Shown here: positions 9,233-18,945 of the stretch, piece after piece
Layout: every line of letters begins with the position of its first letter
Numbering within the stretch: the stretch's first letter is position 1
The notes under the pieces: model-generated
Database searches by the model: none
Seen by the model: the letters and a program-made list of their open reading frames with translations, nothing else
Told to the model about the DNA's origin: nothing
Assembly (NCBI GenBank): GCA_964471255.1
Contig: CAYYFB010000001.1
Coordinates: 110,798-174,797, forward strand
DNA from: Candidatus Woesearchaeota archaeon
GTDB taxonomy: Archaea; Nanobdellota; Nanobdellia; CAYMVK01; CAYYFB01
Direction: 5' to 3'
Length of the DNA stretch: 64,000 bases
Program-made: the position numbers and the translations under genes

Positions 9233-10324
9233 GTGAGAGGTATTGTCGTCTCAATTATCATTGGAATACTCGCCTTCCTGATTTTAGTAATAACCTTCCT
9301 GACCGCCAAACATCGTGCTAAGGTCACCATTTCTGCTGAGAAGGGGCCATATGTTGATGTTGTAAAAATTTCTACTCTAGAAGACTATTATAGAAACCCC
9401 TTAGACCAAGAAAGAAGCTATGCTCTGGAACGAGCCTTATACTATGTTGGTTCATTCGGTGGCTGGTATAATACTTCTGGAGCGGTTCCAAATCTTACTA
9501 ATCCTTGGTCCTTTCTCCCGGAACCCCTTCTATTTATATGGAGAAAAAAAGGAACTTTATTTATTCCATCTCTAAAGAATGTTTCCCACTCCATGGAGAC
9601 TTTTCTACTAGGATACTATAGCTACGCTAACCTAAAGAGGATGGATCCTAGCGTATACATGCAGATCTACCCTATAACACTTATCCGACCCGAACTCTTA
9701 GAAATATATCCAAAAGTCAACCTAGGAAATGAAACAAAGGTCGTTTGGCTAGGAAGAAGCTTACGTCTTAAGGCGAGAATAGGGGAAAGTTATGGTTATG
9801 TAGAATTTTATCCTATGATAACAGCAAGATCCAGAGCATCAGTAATAGCTCTTTATAATTTTGGATCAAATCTTACGAAAGATATTTCTCCTTTTCAACA
9901 GAGATTCGAAAGCAGTCTTGAAGAGCTGGGTGGGGTTAATGTGCTTGTGCCATTACTTATTCATAACAAAGGAGATTATGTAGAAAAAAAACCAAAATAT
10001 GACTGGATGACTGCCCTTATGGTATACAATCAGAAATTCCTTAGAGAAGAACTAGGAATACAGGACATCTATTCTTTTTTGGATTCTATAGGATGCAGTA
10101 GTGAGTTTCATGGTCAGAAGTATTATAGATGTAACTCCTCAGAGATTCCGGCCTGTGATGAGAGCAAGTGCAAAGAAATCGCGTGGAAAGTACTGAAATA
10201 TCTCTATTACAGGGCTTTTGATGAATCATCCTATTCATTTTCTTCACCAAGCGAAAATAGGTTCTTTAGAACAATTCCTATCGAGTTAAACACTACAGTT
10301 AAAGTATGGAAAGAGGTACCCTAA
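9233..10324 (+). CDS. Pilin-like protein with class III signal peptide
   Basis: MRG|IVVSIIIGILAFLILV followed by a large ectodomain. Confidence 0.7.
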   Translation: MRGIVVSIIIGILAFLILVITFLTAKHRAKVTISAEKGPYVDVVKISTLEDYYRNPLDQERSYALERALYYVGSFGGWYNTSGAVPNLTNPWSFLPEPLLFIWRKKGTLFIPSLKNVSHSMETFLLGYYSYANLKRMDPSVYMQIYPITLIRPELLEIYPKVNLGNETKVVWLGRSLRLKARIGESYGYVEFYPMITARSRASVIALYNFGSNLTKDISPFQQRFESSLEELGGVNVLVPLLIHNKGDYVEKKPKYDWMTALMVYNQKFLREELGIQDIYSFLDSIGCSSEFHGQKYYRCNSSEIPACDESKCKEIAWKVLKYLYYRAFDESSYSFSSPSENRFFRTIPIELNTTVKVWKEVP

Positions 10325-13300
10325 TGAAAACTTTAAAAGATTCTCTGAAAATATTGTCGCTTTTATGTTTTTTCTTTATGTTTTCAGAAACGAAACTACT
10401 ATTTTCACAAGAATGTTCTTGTCTACAGGATTACTGTATAGAGAATGGGACAGCAGCTCAATTCGAAATGCCTCCGGCTTATGTCTATAATGTTTTCAAT
10501 GAGACGTCTCTATTTAATATTTCCATTGGAGGGTACCTTGTTTTTAATGACTCAAACAACTATGTAATAGGAGGAGTTATAGACCAAAATATCCCCCCAA
10601 TGAACAAAACCCCGGTGATTTATCAATCAACATCTGATTTCTTGATAAACTACACCTGTATTATTAATTGGAGCAAAATTTACGAGAAAAGTTGCGATGA
10701 ATTGGGATTAACTTCTCATAAGTGCGTTTGTGGAGATGAGGGAAATGAGTATATCCGCTCCAGGGTTTGTGTGTTGGGCTCGGCCATATACACTTGTAAC
10801 AGCAACCCCAAAGATATTGCCTGCGAGGAAGGAGAAAGTCCTTATTCCCACTGTGTCTATAGTGGAGAGCTTTATGAGAATAACTCTGTCATTGAGATCA
10901 ATTACTCACTTAAAAGAACCGTCTCTCTGGGAACCTCCCCTCTACCTTTCGAATATATGTATGCTACAGAAGATACTCCAATTTATAGAGGAAATTACTC
11001 TATTTTTGAAAGAGGTGGGGTAATATACGTTAATTACAGTGAAGAAAGAAAAATTCCAATAATTTGCCATAATGGAATCTGGTACGGAACATGCGGTAAT
11101 AACATCTGTGAAGATTGGGAAAATCCAGGAAATTGCCCTGAAGATTGTTGTAAAAATTGCCGCTTTGTAAGGACAGGAGAGTTAACTCAGTACTGTATTG
11201 GTTATGGAGGATGTCAAATGCCTCCAGAGTGTCTTTATAAAGATATTGTGTGTCTATCCAAAATACTAGCAGTGCATTTGGATGATGTCATATATGAAGA
11301 AAAGAAAAGATATCTTTTTGCTTGCTCTTCCAGAACACTAATTAATTGTAGTGAAAGTATTGCAGAAAAGGTTGTTGAATATTTCTTCCAATCTAGTCCC
11401 TATACAGGGACTATCAAAGAAAGTGTTATTAAGGTTTTTAAGGGTTTATCCAAGGGAGTATGTGAAGATAATGCTGGATGTATACTAGATGAATGGAGAG
11501 ATCCTGATTTGATGAAAGAAGTTTGTGAGGAAGACTTCCTTGCTGATTGGATAGAACAATCTTATACTCCCCTTACTAATTATTCGCAATGGAGGGAGCA
11601 CAAAAGTTTTCCATTTAACTTTGCAAGAGAAGTAAACGTTACTTTAAATTCCCATGAGCCTATTTATGATGTTGTCATTAGCTTTTCATTTAATAGCAAG
11701 GAATTAATATCCAAAGGAAAAATGCGGAATGACTGCGGGGATATTAGGATAGTCGATGATAGTTTCAATTATCTTCCTTACTATATTGATCAAAATACCT
11801 GTAATACAACCAATACCATCGTGTATGTTAAGGTTCCTATCCTAAAGCCAGGGAGCAATCACTTATGGTTACTTTATGGTAATCCCTCAATAACATCGGC
11901 TAGTAACCCTTCAGCTGTCTTTATGTTCTTTCAGGATTTTGAAGATGAACAAGAGTCGAAGCAGCAATTAACTTTCTACAGATGGGCGGGAGATGCTTCT
12001 AAAGAATGTGTTATTTCTGGAGGGTACCTCTATCTTGCAACCAACTCTGGAGAGGGTGGATGTATTGCATTTTTAAAGGAGAATATAAATCCTGCTAACA
12101 AAATAATTAGTTTTTCATTTAAACAAGAAACTACAAAAGAGTCGCAACCTATAGTTGCTCTCTTCCTTGATAAAGAAGAGGAAAAATATAAAAACTTAGG
12201 TTATTGCTCCGCGGAATTCAGTGGGGCTGGGATGGCTTGTCCCAATCCTTCTTCTTCCCTATCAGAATGTCAATACGTGAGGGGATATGGAATTGGAGCT
12301 GGAGAAACCATCTATCTCTTTCTCCCTCCAAACATGACTATAGGAAACTTAAAGGTAGAATTTGTTCCTCATCATATAGAAAAAAATCAATGGCATGAAC
12401 TAATTGCAAAAACGTGGAGAAATAGGTTTGAAGTTTACTTAGATGGAGAGTTGGTTTTGAAAGTAACCGGAATAAAGTGGTTTGGCCTAAGAAAAATTGC
12501 CATAGGAGGATCAAAAATAGAAGAAGGGAAAATACTGATAGATAATATTAAGATAGAAAAAAACATTGGAGCAAATATTAGCACAACTTTGGGAAGTGAA
12601 ATAGCTCTCAATCCTCTTTTCTCGATAGGTGCAAATGAAGGGGTGTTTCTAAACTCCTCAGAAAGCTCTGTAGGAAGTTCATATCTTTTCTATACAATAC
12701 CTTCCGAGCTAATAAAAAAGGGAAAAGTTGACATAAAATGGAAGTTGATCTGTTCTGGAATGTGCAAAGGAATCAAGGCAGAAGCCTATATCATTAAAGA
12801 AGTCCTTAATAGAAAGAATGATGGTTCTTTTCCAGAAAAAAGTGATCTTCCCTATGGAAAGGTCAAGCTTGGTTCTTTCCCTACTTATTCTGTTGGAAAA
12901 GAAGTGGTCTCCTCCTTTTTTGTACCTTTAGAAAGCTATCCAACCTACATTACTTTGCTCGTCGCATTAGAAGACAAAAATCCAAAAGAAGGTGCAGCGC
13001 TTTTGATAGATTTTATTAAAGTAAGGAATTACATAACCACGTTTTTAATGAATTTCACAAAAGCGCAAGTTGTACTAGAGAGATCAGGTACTGTCGGAGA
13101 TTATGGCAAGGTCAGATTTAAAGCAATATCAAAAAAAGAATTTTGCTGTGGGGATGATTTTGGTGAATTCTCTCTAATTGAGAGATATATGGACTATTTC
13201 GGCCCTTTATCTTCACAAAGGAAAGTTTGTTCCTCATCTCCTTTCTTCTGTATTATAACTTTAGAGGATGGATTAAATCTTATATACCCAGAAGGTTCAA

Positions 13301-13740
13301 GAATAAAAATAAAAGCAAATACAAACTCTTCAGACTGCAACATCTCGAAAGTTTTCGAACTTGCAAAACTTGTGTTGATAAATTCTAGCTACTATGAGGA
13401 ACTGAATGACACATATACAAGATGCCAAGGAACGGTAAACTACACTGTATATGACTATGAAAGCAATAAAGAATATGATTTAAAGGATGAAATTACAGTA
13501 AGAGTGGGTGGAGAGAGTTACACGTCTGATCTTTTCTCTTCTTTGTTTTTCCCAGGCAATTACACATGTAATGATGGGGTTTGGATCAATGAAGAAATTA
13601 ACGTAACAACTCTACAACTCCCCATTAAGTTCTCGTTTGGGATCCTAGAATGGTTTAATATCTCGAATCCAGGTGAATTTACTGAGGAATATTACAAAAA
13701 ATTTATATATAGAAGTGAAGAAGTCAAAAGGTGGACTTAA
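10324..13740 (+). CDS. Large secreted Cys-rich adhesin-like protein with DUF2341-like and ConA/LamG-like domains
   Basis: Signal-like N-terminus; CGNNICEDWENPGNCPEDC; KMRNDCGDIRIVD..YYID..VYVKVP..LLYGNP (DUF2341 pattern); NQWHELIAK..FEVYLDGE..IDNIKI (lectin-like). Confidence 0.7.
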   Translation: MKTLKDSLKILSLLCFFFMFSETKLLFSQECSCLQDYCIENGTAAQFEMPPAYVYNVFNETSLFNISIGGYLVFNDSNNYVIGGVIDQNIPPMNKTPVIYQSTSDFLINYTCIINWSKIYEKSCDELGLTSHKCVCGDEGNEYIRSRVCVLGSAIYTCNSNPKDIACEEGESPYSHCVYSGELYENNSVIEINYSLKRTVSLGTSPLPFEYMYATEDTPIYRGNYSIFERGGVIYVNYSEERKIPIICHNGIWYGTCGNNICEDWENPGNCPEDCCKNCRFVRTGELTQYCIGYGGCQMPPECLYKDIVCLSKILAVHLDDVIYEEKKRYLFACSSRTLINCSESIAEKVVEYFFQSSPYTGTIKESVIKVFKGLSKGVCEDNAGCILDEWRDPDLMKEVCEEDFLADWIEQSYTPLTNYSQWREHKSFPFNFAREVNVTLNSHEPIYDVVISFSFNSKELISKGKMRNDCGDIRIVDDSFNYLPYYIDQNTCNTTNTIVYVKVPILKPGSNHLWLLYGNPSITSASNPSAVFMFFQDFEDEQESKQQLTFYRWAGDASKECVISGGYLYLATNSGEGGCIAFLKENINPANKIISFSFKQETTKESQPIVALFLDKEEEKYKNLGYCSAEFSGAGMACPNPSSSLSECQYVRGYGIGAGETIYLFLPPNMTIGNLKVEFVPHHIEKNQWHELIAKTWRNRFEVYLDGELVLKVTGIKWFGLRKIAIGGSKIEEGKILIDNIKIEKNIGANISTTLGSEIALNPLFSIGANEGVFLNSSESSVGSSYLFYTIPSELIKKGKVDIKWKLICSGMCKGIKAEAYIIKEVLNRKNDGSFPEKSDLPYGKVKLGSFPTYSVGKEVVSSFFVPLESYPTYITLLVALEDKNPKEGAALLIDFIKVRNYITTFLMNFTKAQVVLERSGTVGDYGKVRFKAISKKEFCCGDDFGEFSLIERYMDYFGPLSSQRKVCSSSPFFCIITLEDGLNLIYPEGSRIKIKANTNSSDCNISKVFELAKLVLINSSYYEELNDTYTRCQGTVNYTVYDYESNKEYDLKDEITVRVGGESYTSDLFSSLFFPGNYTCNDGVWINEEINVTTLQLPIKFSFGILEWFNISNPGEFTEEYYKKFIYRSEEVKRWT

Positions 13741-14909
13741 AATACTATTTGTCCCTTTAATACCTTTTTTTGAATTTCTAGAAACACTTCTATATCTAAC
13801 ATCTCATTTAAAACTTTCTTCATTCTTTCTACAGAGTATTCCCTAGAGTAAACAAAGATATTTACCGCTAATGGATCAGTAATTTGCCTTCCTATTTGAG
13901 ACACGAGTATAACTTCGTTCTTGTATCCGTACTCATGAAAGATCCTCTTTGAGATTTCTAGAGCCAGTAGGTTATATATCTTTCCCACATGTGAGTAAGC
14001 ATTCTTGCCTGCTATGGCTTCTATAGAAGTAGGACGCAAAGGAGCAATTATTCCGTTACTTCTGTTCCCTCTCCCCACACAACCATCGTCGCCACATTCT
14101 GCAGAAGTTCCTGTAACAGTAAGATACAAAAGATCTTTATTAGGATCATCAGCAGTATTTATAAATACATTAAATTCATATCCGTACTTTTTTAGGACCT
14201 TACTCCATAATATTTCTTCAATTTTCCTTTTTTTCTCTAAATAGTCCTCTTTTGAAGAGACAAACTTGTCAACAAATGCACAAGCAATTATAAGAGTAAC
14301 ATTCGTCCCATTTCTTATCCCTAAAACCTTTATATCTTCTCCTATAAAGGGGAATTTATTTTTTATTTCTTCTGAGTTAAGAATATTCTCAGATTTTAGA
14401 ACAATTTCTTCTAAGGGCGTGTGGGGATAAAATCCTACCCCTATACTAGTATCATTTGCTTTTGGAATTTCTCCCATCTCATACATTCCAACAAGGTCTA
14501 CAGAGCCCCGTTTTAAATCAAGCTCTAATTTTACATTCTCGCCAAGTTCTAAGAATCTGTAATTCTTTTCAAGAGTTTCTTTAATCTCTTCCCTAATTAT
14601 TTCCTCCCAAGGGATCTCTTTGCTGTCTACAACTAAAGTAGCCCTACCCCCAATTATTACTCTAATTGGTTCGAGAATTTCGCCGCCTCCAAATTGTGGA
14701 GATGATCTTCCCGCAATAAGTAGGCCCTTATCGACGTTATGATGCAATATTCTTCCAAAGTTCTCTATGTAATATCTACTGAGCGCCCTACTTGTAGCTT
14801 CAGCTATATAATCACAAATAGTATCTGGATGCCCTTTCCCTTTCCTCTCTACAACTTCAAACTCTAACCTTGCGGGCCAAATCTTTTTGGGAATGATAGA
14901 TATTTTCAT
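13737..14909 (-). CDS. mat: Archaeal S-adenosylmethionine synthetase
   Basis: ERKGKGHPDTICD, HHNVDK, ANDTS, GEDIKV, VGRGNR and HVGKIYN motifs. Confidence 0.95.
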   Translation of the reverse strand: MKISIIPKKIWPARLEFEVVERKGKGHPDTICDYIAEATSRALSRYYIENFGRILHHNVDKGLLIAGRSSPQFGGGEILEPIRVIIGGRATLVVDSKEIPWEEIIREEIKETLEKNYRFLELGENVKLELDLKRGSVDLVGMYEMGEIPKANDTSIGVGFYPHTPLEEIVLKSENILNSEEIKNKFPFIGEDIKVLGIRNGTNVTLIIACAFVDKFVSSKEDYLEKKRKIEEILWSKVLKKYGYEFNVFINTADDPNKDLLYLTVTGTSAECGDDGCVGRGNRSNGIIAPLRPTSIEAIAGKNAYSHVGKIYNLLALEISKRIFHEYGYKNEVILVSQIGRQITDPLAVNIFVYSREYSVERMKKVLNEMLDIEVFLEIQKKVLKGQIVF

Positions 14910-14967
14910 AAAAAATATGTATCTTACCAGAATACAAAAATAGATAATTTAAGATGAAACTAATATT

Positions 14968-16500
14968 TTGCCTTTCTTTCAAGAAATTAGAGTGGTATCG
15001 AAACACCTCATGGAAAAGGCAAAAAAATTAGGAATCTTGCTTTCCCCAGATTTTCCTGCGATCTCTCCTGAAGAACTAGAAAATCTCTTTAATTTTGTTA
15101 AGAAAAAAAAGAGAGATATCCTAGTTCTTACAAAACAGGATTATTTGGATTATAAGAAACGTAAAAAAGAAGAACTGAGAGAAAAAGAAGAGATCTCACA
15201 AATTCCTCTCCAAAAACGAGAAGTCGTTATCATAAGAAGCAGAAAGGAACATTTGTTCTCAAAGGAACATGAAGCAGAAGTTAAAGTATTAAAATCTTTT
15301 AAAATTAAAGGAAAGAAAAGGAAATTTGACGATTTTCTTTATATGTTTCTGGATAGATATGAAAAAGCCAAAAAAATTTTTAGCGGAAGACTTTCTCCAA
15401 TTCAGATTTCTTTAGCAAAAAGATTGGAAGGAAGAGAGGTTGATGTAGTAGGGATCGTTTCAAAAAGAAGGGAAGTGAAAAAAGGCCTAATAATCGAATT
15501 GGAAGATCCTACCGGAACCATTAGGGCCTTCATTCCTAAAGAAAATTCAAAAATAAATTATATAATAAGGGACATTGCTCTGGGGGTTAAGGGAAAAATA
15601 AAGAGAGGAACAATATTTGCTGACGAAATTTTTTTCCCTGACATCCCAACCAAACAACTCAAGCCACTTGAAGATGATGTTTGGGCATGCTTTATAGGAG
15701 ATTTTCATTTCGGATCACGATTTTTAGATAAAAAGCTAATAAAAATTTTTCTTGATATCCTAAAAGGAAGAAAAGGGACCTCAAAAATAAGGGAACTCAT
15801 AGCCAAAACGAAATATTTTATAATATTAGGAGATATTGTTGATGGAGTTGGAATTTATCCTGAACAGAAGAAAGAATTAGAAATTACTGATGTTTTTAAA
15901 CAATATGAACTTGCCGCAAATTTTCTCGAAGAATTTCCCGAAGATAAATTCTTTATAATAATACCAGGAAACCATGATGCCGTTCCTAATTTAGAACCCC
16001 AACCTCCTTTGGGTAATGGGTTTTCAAAACCGTTGAAGGAAAAGATTGGTGATCGTGCTGTATTTCTTTCAAACCCAGCGTATTTTTATCTGAACCCATC
16101 AGATGGGGGTGGGAGGTTAGTGCTGGCTTATCATGGGTACTCAATTGATCGTATAATTTCTGAGGTACCGATGTTTCGAGGAGGAAAAGAGTACCGTGAA
16201 GCTTGGAAGGTTCTTAAGTATTTATTGCAAGTGAGACATCTGGCCCCAAAGTACGGATCCACTCTCCAAGTTCCGGATAAAACTGATTACCTCTTTATAA
16301 ACCCTATTCCGGATGTTCTATGTACAGCGCATATCCATTACCTGAGTGTCGGCATTTACAAAGGTGTTAGGCTTATTTCTACATCATGTTTCCAGGCACC
16401 TACCCCTTTTCAATATATGCTAGGACACAATCCAAAACCGGGTTTACTTCCCTTTCTCCATTTAAGAGACGGAAGTATGAAAATTGTTCAACTTGTTTGA
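14968..16500 (+). CDS. polB: DNA polymerase II (PolD) small subunit DP1
   Basis: OB fold (LEDPTG) plus phosphoesterase motifs GDFHFGS, GDIVDG, PGNHD, YHG, RHLAP and HIH. The start may be ATG 15010. Confidence 0.93.
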   Translation: MPFFQEIRVVSKHLMEKAKKLGILLSPDFPAISPEELENLFNFVKKKKRDILVLTKQDYLDYKKRKKEELREKEEISQIPLQKREVVIIRSRKEHLFSKEHEAEVKVLKSFKIKGKKRKFDDFLYMFLDRYEKAKKIFSGRLSPIQISLAKRLEGREVDVVGIVSKRREVKKGLIIELEDPTGTIRAFIPKENSKINYIIRDIALGVKGKIKRGTIFADEIFFPDIPTKQLKPLEDDVWACFIGDFHFGSRFLDKKLIKIFLDILKGRKGTSKIRELIAKTKYFIILGDIVDGVGIYPEQKKELEITDVFKQYELAANFLEEFPEDKFFIIIPGNHDAVPNLEPQPPLGNGFSKPLKEKIGDRAVFLSNPAYFYLNPSDGGGRLVLAYHGYSIDRIISEVPMFRGGKEYREAWKVLKYLLQVRHLAPKYGSTLQVPDKTDYLFINPIPDVLCTAHIHYLSVGIYKGVRLISTSCFQAPTPFQYMLGHNPKPGLLPFLHLRDGSMKIVQLV

Positions 16501-16506
16501 TTTATT

Positions 16507-16989
16507 TCACTTTAAAAAAGAAATGTAAAAATAGACGCTCGGGAGGTATATAAAAAACAGCAGAATGAAAGGAAATAAACCTATTAAAATTCCAGTAAAA
16601 ATGTCATCATACTCCCGTAGGATATTCGAAACTAGGAGGATTATAAAGACAGAAATAGAAAGAATTATTAGAAATGATTTTTTTAGAGCTAAGAATATTA
16701 GGGGCCAGCAGCACGTAATAATAAATTTAGTAAGGGTTTGCAGGTTATAGTGTTCTTTTAAGAATATGTAATATACTATCGAAAAAAAGAGAGATATAAC
16801 AAGTAAGAACAGAAAGAAACCAATAAATATGGAGGCTGCTATCAAAGGTATTCTATCTTGGGCAAAGGATAGTAAACTAGCTATAAATGCTAGGAATAAG
16901 AGATAAATACCACAATCAGAAAAAGAGGCATACTCACAATTCTGAAGAATACGGGAAGGTCTAAAAAGGAGTTTCAATATAGAGAACAT
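16507..16989 (-). CDS. Polytopic membrane protein (YIP1-like)
   Basis: About 5 TM helices. N-terminus resembles that of 42279..42785. Confidence 0.55.
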   Translation of the reverse strand: MFSILKLLFRPSRILQNCEYASFSDCGIYLLFLAFIASLLSFAQDRIPLIAASIFIGFFLFLLVISLFFSIVYYIFLKEHYNLQTLTKFIITCCWPLIFLALKKSFLIILSISVFIILLVSNILREYDDIFTGILIGLFPFILLFFIYLPSVYFYISFLK

Positions 16990-17025
16990 ACCTTCATAAT
17001 GTCTAAAGTTTATTTGAATTTTTAT

Positions 17026-17127
17026 GGGGCCGTAGCCTAGTGGTAGGGCGTCGGGCTCCAGAAGAATCTGGAGCGCTGATAAGCTGAAGAAACCCGAAGG
17101 TCCGGGGTTCGAATCCCCGCGGCCCCA
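17026..17127 (+). tRNA. tRNA-Trp(CCA) with 30-nt intron (17062-17091) at position 37/38
   Basis: Acceptor GGGGCCG/CGGCCCC, anticodon stem TCGGG/CCCGA, loop CTCCAG^A, T arm GGTTCGAATCC. CCA end not encoded. Confidence 0.93.
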
Positions 17128-17191
17128 TTACTACATATAAGTAGTTAAAAATGTTTAACTCATCTCATATATTCCTATTCTATTTTCTTAT

Positions 17192-18841
17192 ATGGCGGAA
17201 AGGAGAGTTGCACATACAATGCCTGTACTTATCCTTCCTGAAGGGTATACAAGAACGGTAGGAAGAGATGCGCAGAGAATGAATATTTTAGCGGCAAAAA
17301 TTGTAGCAGAGGCGGTAAGAACAACTTTAGGACCAAAAGGGATGGACAAAATGCTAGTAGACTCATTGGGCGATGTGGTGATAACCAATGATGGAGCGAC
17401 GATTTTAGATGAGATGGAAATAGAACATCCGGCAGCAAAGATGATGGTAGAAATTGCAAAGACACAAGAAAAAGAAGTAGGAGATGGGACAACAACCGCG
17501 GTGGTCCTTGCCGGTGAACTCCTCAAGAATGCAGAAGACCTTTTAGAAAAAGATGTACATCCAGCAGTGATTTGCAAAGGATATAGACTTGCTATGGAGG
17601 AAGCACTTAGGATATTAGATGAGATAGGCAAGCCGATAGACCCCAACAATAAAGATGTCCTAGTCGACATAGCTATGACAGTGATGCGGGGGAAGGCTAC
17701 CCCTCAAGAGACTGAACTTAAAGAGCTAGCAAAAATTGCTGTAGATGCTATATTTACAGTAAAAGAGGAAAGAAATGGAAAAATATATGTTGATATAGAC
17801 AATATTAAGCTTGAAAAAAGAGTTGGTGGTTCGGTAGGTGATACAGAATTAATAAAGGGTGTGGTATTGGATAAAGAAAGAGTCCACCCGGGCATGCCCA
17901 CATTAGTAAAAAATGCTAAGATAGCTCTCCTCAATTGCCCTTTAGAAGTAAAAGAACCCGAAGTAGATGCAAGAATACAGATAACCTCCCCAGAACAAAT
18001 GGAAGCATTTCTGGAGCAGGAAGAAAAGATGATAAAAAAGATGGTAGAAAAGCTAAAAGAAGTAGGAGCGAACGTAGTTATTTGTCAAAAAGGAATTGAT
18101 GAGATAGCACAGCATTATTTAGCTAAAGCAGGAATATTTGCCGTCAGAAGGGTTAAGAAATCTGATATGGAAAAATTAGCCAGAGCAACTGGAGGGCGTA
18201 TAGTTACTTCAGTAGAAGATCTTTCCCCAGAAGATCTAGGTTATGCTGAGATTGTAGAAGAAAGAAAAATTGCTGGAGAATCCATGACATTTGTAAGAGG
18301 TTGTAGGAATCCAAAGTCGGTCACAATTCTAATAAGAGGGGGATCTGATCACGTGGTTGATGAAGCAGAAAGAGCTATGGAAGATGTCCTAGGGGCCCTT
18401 GCTAGTTTATTAAAAGATCCAAAAATCGTCGGTGGTGGTGGAGCCGTGGAAGTTGAGTTGGCAAGGAGATTAGAAAAATTTGCAGATAAGTTCCCAGGTA
18501 GAGAACAGCTAGCTATAAAAATGTTCGCAAAATCTTTAGAGACAATTCCTATGGCAATAGCTGAGAATGCCGGTTTAGATCCTATAGATTTTCTGGCAGA
18601 ATTAAAGGCAAGACATGAAAGAGGGGAGATATGGGCAGGGATAGATGTTTTTGAAGAAAAAGTAGTTGATGCCATAGAAAACAAAATAATAGAATCTATC
18701 AGCGTGAAAAAACAAGCTATAAAAAGCGCCACAGAAATGGCGATAATGATACTTAGAATAGATGACGTAATAGCAGCTGGGAAATTAAAGAAAGAAGAAG
18801 AGAAACCGGGTCTAGGAGAAGAAGAAACAGAAACCGACTAA
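17192..18841 (+). CDS. ths: Thermosome (group II chaperonin) subunit
   Basis: [31 protein letters not shown] and [10 protein letters not shown] motifs. Confidence 0.97.
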   Translation: MAERRVAHTMPVLILPEGYTRTVGRDAQRMNILAAKIVAEAVRTTLGPKGMDKMLVDSLGDVVITNDGATILDEMEIEHPAAKMMVEIAKTQEKEVGDGTTTAVVLAGELLKNAEDLLEKDVHPAVICKGYRLAMEEALRILDEIGKPIDPNNKDVLVDIAMTVMRGKATPQETELKELAKIAVDAIFTVKEERNGKIYVDIDNIKLEKRVGGSVGDTELIKGVVLDKERVHPGMPTLVKNAKIALLNCPLEVKEPEVDARIQITSPEQMEAFLEQEEKMIKKMVEKLKEVGANVVICQKGIDEIAQHYLAKAGIFAVRRVKKSDMEKLARATGGRIVTSVEDLSPEDLGYAEIVEERKIAGESMTFVRGCRNPKSVTILIRGGSDHVVDEAERAMEDVLGALASLLKDPKIVGGGGAVEVELARRLEKFADKFPGREQLAIKMFAKSLETIPMAIAENAGLDPIDFLAELKARHERGEIWAGIDVFEEKVVDAIENKIIESISVKKQAIKSATEMAIMILRIDDVIAAGKLKKEEEKPGLGEEETETD

Positions 18842-18842
18842 T

Positions 18843-18880
18843 TGTTGCTTTTCTCTTTCTTAGTTCTTATTTTGTTGTTT
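18843..18880 (+). terminator. Oligo-T tract, probable archaeal terminator of the thermosome gene
   Basis: T-rich run (ttgcttttctctttctt...ttttgttgttt) directly after the stop codon. Confidence 0.45.
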
Positions 18881-18945
18881 AAACTCCTTTCTCGATTTTA
18901 AAAGAGCAAACTTAAATAGACTTTTACTTGTCTAAAAAAGGGATT

